Assembly: GCA_965644295.1 (NCBI GenBank)
Contig: CBFFRP010000380.1
Coordinates: 257,301-321,300, forward strand
DNA: 64,000 nt
Direction: 5' to 3'
From: Paraphysomonas bandaiensis
Lineage: Eukaryota; Protista; Chrysophyceae
The stretch's first letter is position 1. Every line of letters starts with the position of its first letter. Shown here in pieces: positions 63,113 through 64,000 of the stretch. The translations under genes and the position numbers were made by a program. A model generated the notes under the pieces. The model made no database searches. It saw only the letters and a program-made list of their open reading frames with translations, and had not been told where the DNA came from.

Positions 63113-64000
63113 ATATACTACTAACTAACATATATACTTCTACAGTTACACACAAATTACCAAAAAAAATCATGATTTTTACCAAATATATATCGAATAG
63201 TGAAATGGACACAATTTTGAAAATAGCATATCTGCACGAAATAAACGAATTAGAACGTCATCTACAGCGCAAAGGAAACACAATGACATAACAGTGACTA
63301 TTCTGCGGTAATATTTTTATCTTTCGATACATACGCCGCGTAAATAGATGTACAAGTACAACAAACATCATATATGTGTATTCCCGATATAAAAAAATTT
63401 CAAGAAAATTGAATGAAAATGATAAAAATGATATTGCACCTGTGTAAAGTGATAAAAAAGCTATCTTGATCCGACTTTTTCTTGCTTATTTGAATTTCCT
63501 CTGATTTCTACATATAGTCAAAAATTAAGTCAAACATACGCTATATATGCACAGGTAGGTATATAGTTAGAAGCATCACACATACCTTTATAGTGCCTCC
63601 TTGCAATTCCATCTTCTGGTACTGATCCCACTACCACTACTGGACTCTATTTCATCTTCTGGTAGCCATTCCTCATAAATGAAGAACGATTAGATGGTCA
63701 TAAGTCGATGTAACCGCCAAACCTGTTGAAATTTCGAAAAAGTCGATTTAAGTTGAGTTTATGATACGCATTGCAATAATTAGTGTAGTAGATGTGAAGA
63801 GAACATGTTTGCAATGACATTTAATAAAATTTTATCAATTACAGATCAAAAAATGTTGAATGAAACGGTTACATTATACATAATATATGTGCACTATAGT
63901 GCTATACAATACAAAGGTGTTATTGACTAATTAAAGTACTTACAATCGACAATCAACCGAACTTCTGTCACGTTTTCCAGTAGAACTAGATGCATAATAT

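Noticed and set aside
1-64000. tRNA, rRNA or other structured RNA genes; a dedicated recombinase for the inverted locus
   Set aside because: No recognisable cloverleaf, rRNA or recombinase motifs seen by eye. tRNAscan-SE, Infernal and HMM searches would be needed to exclude them.

Overview
Eukaryotic genomic DNA, AT-rich, with short GT-AG introns of about 45-120 nt. Gene content and protein style suggest a flagellated stramenopile such as a chrysophyte (inference). The first 22 kb hold two giant paralogous cell-surface receptor genes transcribed divergently, head to head. Each has a signal peptide, an NHL beta-propeller, a Pro-rich tandem-repeat stalk, a REJ/PKD-like module, a Cys-rich EGF-like region, a GPS-like motif and multiple TM segments. 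The two genes share three near-identical, inverted, in-register DNA blocks (about 0.66, 2.32 and 0.73 kb; the last includes introns) separated by strongly diverged segments. This layout could allow inversion- or conversion-driven shuffling of receptor modules and is the main candidate for an undescribed system. The rest of the window has a CHASE-type receptor guanylate cyclase, a small single-pass protein, a prolyl 4-hydroxylase, a ZIP transporter, RSPH10B, a glucosidase II beta-like gene, and two sulfotransferase-like genes plus a two-domain glycosyltransferase. It also has many mobile elements. These include a hAT derivative with 8-bp TSD carrying a nested TA-flanked MITE, a probable piggyBac derivative, a 5'-truncated non-LTR retroelement, and a spliced DD109E IS630/Tc1/mariner-type transposon inserted into the gag-like ORF of a degenerate LTR element.
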